Shown: positions 12,586 through 23,955 of the stretch, piece after piece | How the letters are laid out: every line of letters starts with the position of its first letter | Numbering within the stretch: position 1 is the stretch's first letter | From: Dipteris shenzhenensis | Lineage: Eukaryota | Assembly (NCBI GenBank): GCA_047967505.1 | Contig: CM106538.1 | Length of the DNA: 64,000 bases | Strand: one strand, 5' to 3' | Notes under the pieces: model-generated | The model's input: the letters and a program-made list of their open reading frames with translations, nothing else | Told to the model about the DNA's origin: nothing | The model's database searches: none | Program-made: the position numbers and the translations under genes

Positions 12586-13963
12586 AATACTTCTAGAAAA
12601 ATAAATTCTCGTGAAATACGATCAAAGAGTTTGTTAAGAAAAAGCAGATGGATAAACCTTTTTTATTTCCTTTTTCTTATGTTAAGCAAAGACAAACCAT
12701 TGCTTTAGTTGAGATAAATCATATTATGTTAAGCAAAGACAAACCATTGGCTTTAGGTGAGATAAATCGTACCTGCTCATCATCATTGCTAAACTCAAGT
12801 GCCTTAGAAGATTTGCCAAAGTCAACCAAACCGCGGAAGGACCGAGGCTGCTCAGTGGAACTCTTCATAGTCAAAGGAGTCAATGTAGGTCATTTGAGGT
12901 CCCTATTTTTTGCTAGGAGGAGTATAGCTTCAATGGTGTTGGCTGTTGGAGTATTGATGAATCGAGGTAGAAGTGCAGAATTCGAAGTGAAAATAGGTAG
13001 GTTACAAGCAGCCTCAAGCATAAAGTCATGAATCCAAAAATACACTAAGAGTGCAGTTTTGATCCTTGAGGGGAAAGAGGCAACCCAGCCAATGAGCGCA
13101 TACACCAGAGCAGGTCCAGAGGCAAAAGGAAAAAAAATAAACAAGTTTTGGAACACAAACCATAGGAGATGGTCCAGCCAGATAATGGAAGAAGTACAAG
13201 CAGAATTGGGGTCGGCGGATCTCTTACATTGGCCCTTGAGAAAGGGTCTATAGGTATTCCATCAATTTTTCATGAATACTTCCAGAAAAATAAATTCTCG
13301 TGAAATAAGATCAAAGAGTTTGTTAACAAAAAGCAGATGGATAAACCTTTTTGATTTCCTTTTTCTTATGTTAAGCAAAGACAAACCATTGGCTTTAGTT
13401 GAGATAAATCATATTATGTTAAGCAAAGGCAAACCATTGGCTTTAGTTGAGATAAATCGTACCTGCTCATCATCATTGCTAAACTCAAGTGCCTTAGAAG
13501 ATTTGCCAAAGTCAACCGACCGCGAAAGGACCGAGGCTTCTCAGTGGAACTCTTCATAGTCGAAGGAGTCAATGTACGTCGTTTGAGGTCCCTATTTTTT
13601 GCTGGGAGGAGTATAGCTTCAATGGTGTTGGCTATTGGAGTATTGATGAATCGAGGTAGAAGTGCAGAATTCGAAGTGAAAACAGGTAGGTTACAAGCAG
13701 CCTCAAGCATAAAGTCATGAATCCAAAAATACACTAAGAGTGCAGTTTTGATCCTTGAGGGGAAAGAGGCAACCCAACCAATGAATGCATACACCAGAGC
13801 GGGTCCAGAGGTGAAGGGAAAAAAAATAAACAAGTTTTGGAACACAAACCATAGGAGATGGTCCAACCAGATAATGGAAGAAGTACAAGTAGAATTGGGG
13901 TCGGCAGATCTCTTACATTGGCACTTGAGAAAGGGTCTATAGGTATTCCATCAATTTTTCATG
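12586..13963. repeat. 689-bp tandem duplication inside the PLE ORF
   Basis: 12586-13274 matches 13275-13963 with 'aat' microhomology at the joint. Each copy carries an older ~47-bp internal duplication. Confidence 0.95.
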
Positions 13964-14707
13964 AATTTTTTAGGCTCCCATATTTTATCTTGATTGATAG
14001 GTCCTTTTGTTCTAGCAATGAGGGAAGTACTAGAACATTTAGAAGGATTTACATCAGAGAGTTTAATTTGTGGGATATCAAAGAAAAAGTCATTAGACAA
14101 GAGATGTTTGGATTGGAGGGCTAGTGCTTTGCAATGATCAATCACCTCCGATGAGAAGCTACAGAAGAGGGCCAAGGAAGGGATCGAGAAAGGGGCCCTA
14201 TGATTGATGACTTCGAAATCCCAAAGTTTGTGCTCTAGTCTGATAGAGTCTAGTTCTAGTTGCCGATGATAGAGGAGGGGGATAGCATTGGAAAAGGCCG
14301 TGGAAATGGACTTCTAAGGGGGAAGAGAGGCGGCAGAAGACCCAAAATTCAAGGAGGATAAGGCTTCTCTCTCACTATGATCGAGGAGGTCAAAGTCAAG
14401 TAGCAGATTAACAAGTTCTTGAATGCTCTTGATCTCTAAGGGAATAGTCGGAATACCATTAAGAAGAAAAAGTTTATTAACAATTGAAGGGTAGAGAAGT
14501 AAAAGTTCAGGTGGGAGGTATCTTAGGCATCAATCAAAGGAAGGGAAGAAAGTAGCTTATTGAAAGCTTCCAAGAATTCCACTTGGCCTTTTTTGGAGAG
14601 GACCAAAAGCTCAATCCAATCATTCATAAAAGCTATGGTAAAGGCAGACTGGGATTTATTAAGGGACGCTTGCTTTTCAAAGTCCAAGAGCTTCTAATGG
14701 AAGTCCG

Positions 14708-16987
14708 TGTTGGGATAAGTGTGATCAAGGGCTTGCTCTATGGTGCATATGTGCATCTAGGGGAGTCACATGTGTGTTTGTGTGTGTTGTAGAGGCACAT
14801 CAAGTGCTATGATGTGTCTAGTGTATGAACTAAGTGATGATGTAAGCCAAGGGCCCCCACATGGGAGGTTCCTTTGATTTAGGCCAGTCCCACTGATGTA
14901 GGGGCTGATTGCCACTGATGTAGGGAAGGTGCTACCTTCTCCCCATTTCTATAATAGAGAGTCACCTCTCTCACAATCAATAGTAAACAATATTTTGGTT
15001 ACATCTAGTGCTCTCACTCCTCTTCCAAGATGCATCTATTCTATCCCACATGAATCTACATTTGGTATCAGAGCTTTAGGTTCTAGATCTAGCCTAGCCT
15101 AGCATTAGATGCTCTCTCTAGCATGAACTACTAGTTTTTCAAAGATTTCTCATCATCTCCATTTTTCCTCTTTCCTTCCAAAATTTTGTGTGAGCTTGTT
15201 CTCTACCTACAAGCAACCATTCTCCAAGCCCTTTGTGCTGTAGAACCATCTTTGTACGTCACCCCTTCAGCTCGAAGCTTGTCATGAAATTGCGCCTCCA
15301 TCGCCTGTGCCAACAAGAATACAGTCCACTGATGTATCGCATAATGCCGCCTCTGTGGTCACTCATTTGCAAATTCCTCTGAGCACGAGTTGGGTGACAC
15401 TACAAGCAAGCTGCTGATGAAGTCTGAGCCCGTTTGGTCAAGTATTAAAGGAGCAACAGACAAAAGACCAGTCAATTTTGCCAAGCTCCTATATGGCGAC
15501 CTAGCGCAACATTGTGCCTCTTCTTGTTGGTAGCCCTGGTCTGGTATACTAGTGTTATTTTTGCATAAAAATCCCCTTGAATAGAGCTACGAGCTATGCA
15601 AATTGCACCCTCCAATCTACCTTGGTCTCTGCTGACAAAATTCTGCATATTTTGGTCAAAGGGTGTTGAGCAATCACCATAAGTTTGGGGCTTCTATTAT
15701 TTACTACAAACTTTGATTGCTTTGATTGTACTTGAGTAGTAGAACTCAGTCATGGAGCTCATAAGTGTCCTTAAACTTTGCATTTAGAATGATGAATATG
15801 TGATTCTCTTTTGATGAGTACTTGAATTGTAAACATGACTAAGCCCAAGCAAGTAGAGAAGTTTGATGGAACTAGTTTCCATACTTGGCAAACAAAAGCT
15901 AACTTTGTGCTTATGAAAAAGGGGATATGGAATGTTGTGAATGGAAAGGAAAAGAAGTATACAAAAGAAGAAGCTAATTGGTTGATCGAAGACAAGAAGG
16001 CTCTTGCTATCATTGCTTTGGGATTAAGTGACTCATACATTCACCACATTGATGGCTTTGAAACTTCACATGAAGCTTGGGATCATCTTCTCATAGTATT
16101 TGGTGCACAAGGGAAATACTTCAAATATATCTTGCTTATTAAGTTCCTTTGGCTACAATTGGAAAAGGGAATGTGTTATTCCATGAATTCAGAACAACAA
16201 CTCCAAAGAGAATCAAGCATTTCTTGTGAAGAAGGGCTACTTCAACAACAAAGAAAATCTGGCTGAAGGACGAACTCCATCAGCAAATGAAGAATCAAAC
16301 TTTGAAGATAAAGACTATGCTTTTTTAGCACTTTGTTTTTTGAATTTTTTGTTTATCATCACTTGGTCAAATTTTGAGGTTCTCTGCCTGGAATAGTACT
16401 CCAAAAAGAATGTCATATGTTTTGTCTTTTGTAAATCACCTCTGGTCAACATATGATGTAGACCATGTGATATGTGTTTTGTCTATCCCATTTTTGTGAA
16501 CCTTCACCCTTGGGAACACTTGCTAGCATGAGATCCTAGCCATAGATTTACCCTTGACCACCATGAGATGGCATGAGAAACTATGAGACTAGATGTACCC
16601 TTGACATTGCAAGAGCCAACCCCTTGAGGGGGGGTATGTTGGGATAAGTGTGATCAAGGGCTTGCTCTATGGTGCATATGTGCATCTAGGGGAGTCACAT
16701 GTGTGTTTGTGTGTGTTGTAGAGGCACATCAAAGAGTATGATGTGTCTAGTGTATGACCTAAGTGATGATGTAAGCCAAAGGCCCCCATGGGAGGTTCCT
16801 TTGATTAAGGCCAGTCCCACTGATGTAGGGGCTGATTGCCACTGATGTAGGGAAGGTGCTACCTTCTCCCCATTTCTATAATAGAGAGTCACCTCTCTCA
16901 CAATCAATAGTAAACAATATTTTGGTTACATCTTGTGCTCTCACTCCTCTTCCAAGATGCATCTATTCTATCCCACGTGAATCTACA
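14708..16987 (+). mobile_element. Non-autonomous gag-only Ty1/Copia element (2.28 kb)
   Basis: LTRs 14708-15060 and 16637-16987 (TG...CA, near-identical). PBS tggtatcagagc at 15063-15074 (tRNA-iMet). PPT gagggggg just before 16637. Degenerate 5-bp TSD gtccg/atctg. Confidence 0.93.
15835..16266 (+). pseudogene. Truncated Copia gag
   Basis: EKFDGTSFHTWQTKANFVLMKKGIWNVV..DKKALAIIALGLSDSYIHHI..TSHEAWDHL is a typical Copia gag N-terminus. No pol follows. Confidence 0.85.
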
Positions 16988-17790
16988 ATCTGATCCTTTA
17001 AAGCAGGAAGGGATACATTGTGTGCCTAAAGGCGTAATTGGGATATTAGGTGAGGTAGCTACATATCCAAGTTTGACAAGGGATGGGATGGGATGGGTAA
17101 CCAACAGTCTCTCAATACCAAATATGGATACAAAGTTAAAATGTTGAATCTTTCTAGTAATCCAAGATCCGAGGTCGGGGTCAACTTGCCTACCACCATC
17201 CAAGAGAAACTAAGTGTGAGAACACAAAAGCTTCTAATGGGTAGACAGGTAATGCTTGTGTAGCCCGGCTTGTTATCGCTCTTACCAAAGATCCAGATAA
17301 CCATCTAGATTCAAGAGTTAAAAGTGACATATGTGCCAAGTAATAGGTGAGCATGCGTAGTCAATAATAAGAATGTACACCCTTACCATTGGGGGATCAA
17401 TCCCAATTTATTCCTATCCCACTTAAATATACTTACTGAGGTAGCATCCCTAGGTTAGACAAAGACATACCATTTACCTACTAATAAAGTTAAACTATAC
17501 TTATGACATCGTATAATTATACCTTGACAACCTACAGTAAGAATTCCAAAGCAATAAGTAAAGGATAACTTTAATATAGAAGGAAAGCATTTCCTAAGAT
17601 CATAAAGAGAACACATTCTGAGAGGGCAGGACTAGTCAAGGTAAACAATTGGTTAACGAAAAATAATTCTTTAATTCACTTTCAAACAAAAGCATGAAGT
17701 GTGTGGGGTACGCCTTCCAAATTAACAACTATAAGGAGTACAAGACATTATTTTTAGAGAATATAAATTCCATAAATGCCTCCCCAAAAG

Positions 17791-20142
17791 TATGTTTCAA
17801 TGCGCCATGTGTGTCAAAGACCATCAAACATTTATTTAAAGAAATATAACCATCCATTGGTAGCACATAGATGACAAAAGCTTTAGGGATAAGTTCATAT
17901 GGTTAAAGAATCCAGACAAACATAGACCTAGAGAACATTAATTAGAAGCAAGAACACCATAGAAAAATGACAATTTCATAGACCTAGAGAACATTAATTA
18001 GAAGCAAGAACATCATAGAAAATTAACAATTTTTCAGTAAGGGAACATTACTAGTTAATTACTCTGTAACAGATTTGAGCCAGTCATTTAACATAGACCT
18101 AAGGTACAAATTACACTAGGTTATAAGCATGGAGCATGCACTTACAACCACATCCTCATAAATATAAGAGTTAAAGGAGGGACAAATAAACATACCCCAG
18201 ACAAGCAACCAAGAATACTAACCCGGCTAGAAGGTGGCTATAGTCTCGCACACAGAAAACCAAAGAACACGTAGACACAAAAGGTGCATAGCAAACCAAA
18301 ACTTCCAAAGAACACAGACAACATACAGGTACCCACTTCACTACAACCACGTCACTCTACAAATATGACAAGCTACGTATACCTGCCACAAACTATGCTA
18401 GAGCTAACCAGGAAGGCCACAATACTAGAATCCTAACCAAACAAGCCAAAAGCAACAAAAAACCGAGAAGCCGGCTAGTAGTCGTAACCAGTGTGCCAAA
18501 CACCAGTATACCGTTGAAGTCCACTAACTCCTAACACCAAAGTGCCACCAAACAAGCACACGAACTCCACTAAGAGCAAGCCACAGCAACATACTAACTA
18601 GCAAGTATCCACCCGCAATCAAAACCTTGATAGAGGAAAAGAGAAGCATGAAAAGCTACAAGGTACGTAGGTAGGAGGAAGAGGCGTAGGTAAACAAGGC
18701 AATAGGATCCAGCTAACCATCCCATTCTAGCTTGGATAAAGAGACAATGGCGACTAAGTACTACTACGGTAACTGCAAGCAACAGACTTGTAACACGACG
18801 AATGCAAGTGTAAGAGTGACCCAATGATCGTGCACAAGGGTAGTTGCAATTGAGAATGGGGATCATCTATGAAATAAACACAAACAAGGGTTGGTCAAGA
18901 AGTAAAGTACATAACACAGACCGTGCGCGAAGGATGGCCTCCATAGGTAATAAGCCCAACCATGCAATCAATAAACATATATGTGAATTATCATACAAGC
19001 TAGCAGTGTTAGTGGTCGTGATCCTGGTTAACCATTGTTGAAAAGCATCAAAGGAGCAGGAGCCACACCATGAAGGATCATTACGATGTGGATGCAACAC
19101 ACGTAATAAGTAACCACACACTTATTGTCCAAGACAGAGACATGTGGTATATTAACACAGGACAAGAGAGACTAACTACAGAACAATGCGAAACCTACAG
19201 GACTAGGCAAGAGCGCACGAAGCTTGGGGTAGGGAAACCATTGCAAAAAAACCCCTAACCATATTGACAATGGGCCTTGCACACTAATTAGCCATCATCC
19301 ACAATAGCCTAACAAGAGACCATAGCAAATCACCACAGAGAACGACCAGGGGAGCAAGTGTCCTCAGCTCACGAGAAGAACCAGAAGCCATGCAATACGG
19401 TGATTCAAACGGGAGGGTGCACACATAGAAACAATGTACATTCTAGAAAGGTCATGCAATCAAAATCCTCCAATTGCTTAGAGTAGTGTAACGCACTATC
19501 AAAGGTTCTCTCCATAGCATGAACAAATATAGCACCAACCAAAGAGAACACAATATTCAGGGTCAAAGTAGATCCAAGATATCCAGCGAAGAGTTATCCA
19601 GAATAAGTGACTTAGCTCTAACCCTGCCACATGATGTTGTGTTGCGTGGAGGAGGAGGAAGTCGTTATGCCAACACCACCAAGATACTAAGCAGAAGTAA
19701 CCGCGAGCAAGAAGAGGAAGTAAGTCAAGTGAACTAGGCAAGGTCGGTTAGCATAGAGAAGAAGGAAGGAAGGAGAAGCTCAAGGGTGGTGTAAAGGAGG
19801 TGGTTGCCACCAGCATCCACCAAACATCCATAATCATAGCCAATGTTCAGAACATTTCTAGGGGAAATCACGTGTCCATCCTACCTCCCAAGCTCAATTT
19901 AATCTCATCATAATGAGTAGTAAGACGCTAAGATAATGCAATGAAGTCCACCAATAGATGTGTATAATAGATTTATTTATTCGACTCAACAGATTATGCA
20001 CCTAAAACACTAAGCTAAACAATGTGTGTGGAACGCGTGTAGGGAGAGCTTGCTATTCAAGTTGTAATATTAACATTTGCTTCCATCCAAACTTAATCAA
20101 TCAAGTTGTAATAGTTACAATTGCTTGCATTTACTATTACCA
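17791..20142. repeat. Long direct repeat, copy B (5' pseudo-LTR of the PLE)
   Basis: Colinear with 18-2378. Confidence 0.95.
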
Positions 20143-21225
20143 AAGCTGATCTTAGAGAAATTAAAAACTAATGTTGTAATTTAAATCCAATTATGAAAAT
20201 TTTCAATTTGTTTTTTCATAAAGTTTAATTCTTTAAAATAACATAGAAGAATTATGTACCTTTACTTTCAAACCTCTACCAAGATCGGTTGTAAAACCCA
20301 TCTTGACATGATATTTCAATTAGAATTAAGGGGGATTTTCAAAGTTAGGGTAAATTCTCCAAAATTCAAAAATAGCTTAAACTATTCAGGTTACTATATT
20401 TAGCATTTTGAGAGAGAGTGAGAGACTATGCATGTGAGAGAGTGGAACAGAGGTCTCTCTATATGAGAGAAATCGAGTGAAAGCATGTGTGTGAGGAGTG
20501 TGTGAGAGGGAGGAAGATAGAGAGAGAGTTGGAGCATGAGGGAAAGAGAGGCTAGAGACAAAGAAGGATAGAGAGAGGCCTACCTCAGTTGCAAGATGGA
20601 GTCTGTCAATGGCAAGCATGAAGATCTCATGCGGCGACCTCGCAGCAGCAAAAGCAGGTGACCTTGTATAAGGAGCACAAGGCGATGGAAGGCATGAAGA
20701 CTACCATGAAGACGATGCAAAGCTTATTGCAGCCCGTGATGCAAATCATGCAAAGTTCCTTGTTGCATCCTATAACATGATGCAGACCTTCTTGCACCTC
20801 GTCACGACGAGCATTATGCAGACCTATTTGCAGCTCGTCATCGAGAACTATCCCAACGAGACCTTGCAATCGATGATTACTGCGGTGATGGCAATGACCT
20901 TTTAGATTCTGATGGCGATACTGTAGAGCGCATAGTGATGGCGAATCTCTTGTTACAGTCACTTCTTGCAATGGAGTTGCAATGGCAATGGCGAAGGCGA
21001 AGTTCTTGGTTGCAGTCTATTCTTGGTAGCCCGTGATGGCGACAAATATGGCGAAGCAATTACTGTAGATCTCGATGGGGATGGGGATGGCGACGTTGGC
21101 AGATATGGCGAAGCAGATCTCGTGGGCGGCACATATGGCGAAGCAGATCTCGATCTCGATGGCAATGGCGATGGTGGTGGCGCAAGGAAACGAGAGGTAA
21201 GTACTCACTACTCTATGTTTTCTAT

Positions 21226-22350
21226 TAGGTTAGTAACATTAGGGTTTTCTTGATGTTAGGAATGTTAGTTTGAAATGTTAGGTTAGTAACGTTAGGTTAG
21301 ATACAACTACTTAGTTTAAAACGTTAGCTTCGGTTATTAAGCTTAGTTTAGGTTAGGTATAATTACTTAGTTTAAAACGCTAGTTTAGCTAGGTTAGTAA
21401 TGTTAGTTTGGTTAGATAGTATTAGGTTAGTAACGTTAGAATGGATTTAGTAACGTTAGTTTAGGTTAGTTTAAAATGTTATTTTAGGTTTTCTCTAATG
21501 TTAGATAGGATTATGTTAGTAACGTCAATTAAAAATGTTAGCTCAAAGTATAATTTTAAACTTAGTAACGTGAAGATTAGGTTAGTTTTAAATGTTAGTT
21601 AAGAACTAGTTTAATTAAAGCTAGGGCATTAAAAAAAAATAGGGCATATTATAACTAGTTAGTTTAAACTAGTCTTAATATGGACATATTAAGACTAGGG
21701 TCTTTTTTTTTTTAAAACTAGGGCATCTTAAAACTAGTTAGTTTAAAACTAGTCTTAATATGGACATACATTTTATATATCAATAAAATAATTATTTATA
21801 TTTATATATGTTTTAGTACATATATTAGTTATTAAAATATATGATGATATGGAGAAATATCTTAAACATATTTTAGTACAATAAAATATTTTATTACAAT
21901 TTTAGTATGTACTTTAAAATAAAAAATGAAACATATAGAGTTATACAGTGAACTCTTCTAAAATCTACTACAATCTACAGTGAGTATATAAATATAGAAT
22001 ATATTTACAATATGTTTTAATATTCTATAAATATTTTATTTATTAAGATGTATTTAGTATATTTTAATTATGAAAATATATGATTATATAGAGATATATT
22101 TTAAACATATTTTAGTATGATAAAATATGTTATTATATTTTTAGTATGTACTTTAAAATAAAATATAAAGTATATATATTTATATAGTATAACTCTTCTA
22201 AGATCCATTACTAAAATATCTTTGTATAAAATATATTTTAATATATATTTCAAATTCATATTAAAATATTAATAACAAATATTTATATGTGTAAGTATAT
22301 AAAAATATTTTAGTATTGTAGATTTTAATTTAAAAAATATATGACGATAT
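21226..22350. repeat. AT-rich degenerate repeats (gttaggttagtaac units; duplicated AT blocks)
   Basis: Visible ttagg/ttagt periodicity at 21226-21620, duplicated blocks at 21620-21770, and similar AT-rich blocks at about 21830-22000 and 22070-22210. Confidence 0.8.
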
Positions 22351-22359
22351 GGAGATATA

Positions 22360-23850
22360 TGTTTTAAAACCGATCTTGAGATTTCATCCTCCATCGGGCA
22401 TGAGGGATGAAGATCGGTTTCAATACCGATCTTAGAATTTCCCATGATGATAGACAAAGATCAATTTTAAAATCGATCTTGGTTTCATCCTCCACAAGAC
22501 ATGATGGAGGCCATGATCGGATTTTAAAACTGATCTTGATTTCATCCTCCATAGGACATGATGGAGGCCATGATCGGTTTTAAAACCAATCTAGAGCTTT
22601 CATCCTTCTTTAGACATGAGAGATTAACATCGGTTTCAAAACCGATCTTGAACTTATCCTCCACCATGCATGAGAGTCCGAGATCAGTTTTTAAAGCGAT
22701 CTTAAATCGTCCCATGATGAGAGACAAAGATCGGTTTTAAACCAATCTTGGTTTCCTCCTCCACATGACATGATGGAGGCCATGATCTCAAGCTTTCATC
22801 CTTCTTCTGGGATGAGAGATCAAGATTGGTTTCAAAACCAATCTTGAACTTTTATCCTCCACCATGCAAGAGAGTCTAAGAGTGGTTTTAAAACCGATCT
22901 TAAACCGTCCCATGATGAGAGACAAAGATTGGACCTTGGCTTCATCTCCCACAGGACATGATGGAGGCCATGATCTCAAGCTTCCATCCTTCTTCCAACA
23001 TAAGAGATCAAGATTGGTTTCAAAATAGACCTTCAACTTTTATCCTTCACCACACATGAGAGTCCAAGATCGGTTTTAAAAACCTTCCCATGATGAGAGA
23101 CAAAGATCGGTTTTAAAACCAATCTTGGTTTCATGCTCCACAGGACATGATGAAGGCCATGATCTCACCCTTTCATCATTCTTCCATCATGAGAGATCAA
23201 GATCACTTTCATAACCAATCTTGAACTTTTATCCTCCACCATGCATGAGGTTCCAAGATCGGTTTTAAAACGGAAGTTGGCTTCATCCTCTAAATGACAT
23301 GATGGAGGCCAAGATTGGTTTTGAAATGATCTCAAACTTGTATAGTCTGTCAAATATGAGAGATCAAGATCAAGATCGATTTTAAATTTTCAACCTCCAT
23401 CCAGCGCTTGAGACCAAGATTGGTTTAAATCTTATCTTCAACTTTTATCCTTCAGCATGCATGGGAGTCCTAGAACCGATCTTGGCCTCTCATCCTCCAT
23501 AGGATAGGAGAGGCCAAGATCAATTTTGATACCAATCTTAAACTTTCATCCTCCATCAAGCATGAGGGACTAAGATCAGTTTGAAAACCATTCTTGAAAT
23601 TTTATCCTTCATCAAACATAAGGGACTGAAATCAGTTTTAAAACGATTATTGAACTTTTATCCTCCATGAGGTATAAGATAGCAACATCAGTTTAATCCT
23701 CCATCGGACATGAGAGATGAAGATTAGTTTTAAAACCGATCTTGAACTTTTATCATCCACCGCGCATGAGAGATCAAGATCAGCTCGATCCTAAAGCTTC
23801 ATCCTCCATCGGGAATGTAAGATAAAGATTGATTTTAAAACCACCCTTGT
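22360..23850. repeat. Minisatellite of ~55-60-bp units built on palindrome AAGATCGGTTTTAAAACCGATCTT plus a TCATCCTCCA..CATGA.GG linker
   Basis: About 25 degenerate units by eye, for example 23103 aagatcggttttaaaaccaatctt. Confidence 0.92.
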
Positions 23851-23955
23851 ACTTTTGTCCCCTGTTGAGAGAGACCCCCCCCACACACACACATAGACAC
23901 AGAGTTGAATTATATGAAAGAATGATTTTGGACACATGAACAATTTGTAGGCAAT

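Larger units (their letters stand above)
10779..17354 (-). pseudogene. PLE reverse transcriptase polyprotein (interrupted by the Copia insertion and a tandem duplication)
   Basis: Manual translation: FIHLLFLNKLFDRI, CICA..HVLSTD, LQDFMRKGLNHIP, YFxRLDKSLQTPTFICK, FPYLMGMYKAHKKAFR, FTFDIMSCYEAIPH, YAQTKGIPMGYSC, RFMDDL, thumb RPKNIAYKVCVSQ..LFGNNGF, ending ..DLFTGEE-TAA at 10779. The 5' start is uncertain. Confidence 0.82.
18..20142 (-). mobile_element. Penelope-like retroelement (Naiad/Chlamys type), decayed, interrupted by CACTA and Copia insertions
   Basis: PLE-type RT motifs on the minus strand at 10.8-12.7 kb, bracketed by long direct repeats 18-2378 and 17791-20142. Removing 3018-10762 and 14708-16992 restores contiguous sequence. 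Confidence 0.8.

Noticed and set aside
21226-21620. Telomere-like ttagg repeats marking a PLE telomeric insertion
   Set aside because: Degenerate gttaggttagtaac units rather than TTTAGGG arrays, and more than 1 kb from the PLE boundary.
22360-23850. CRISPR-like spacing of palindromic repeats
   Set aside because: The 'spacers' are themselves homologous, the repeats are degenerate, there are no cas genes, and the context is eukaryotic. It is a minisatellite.
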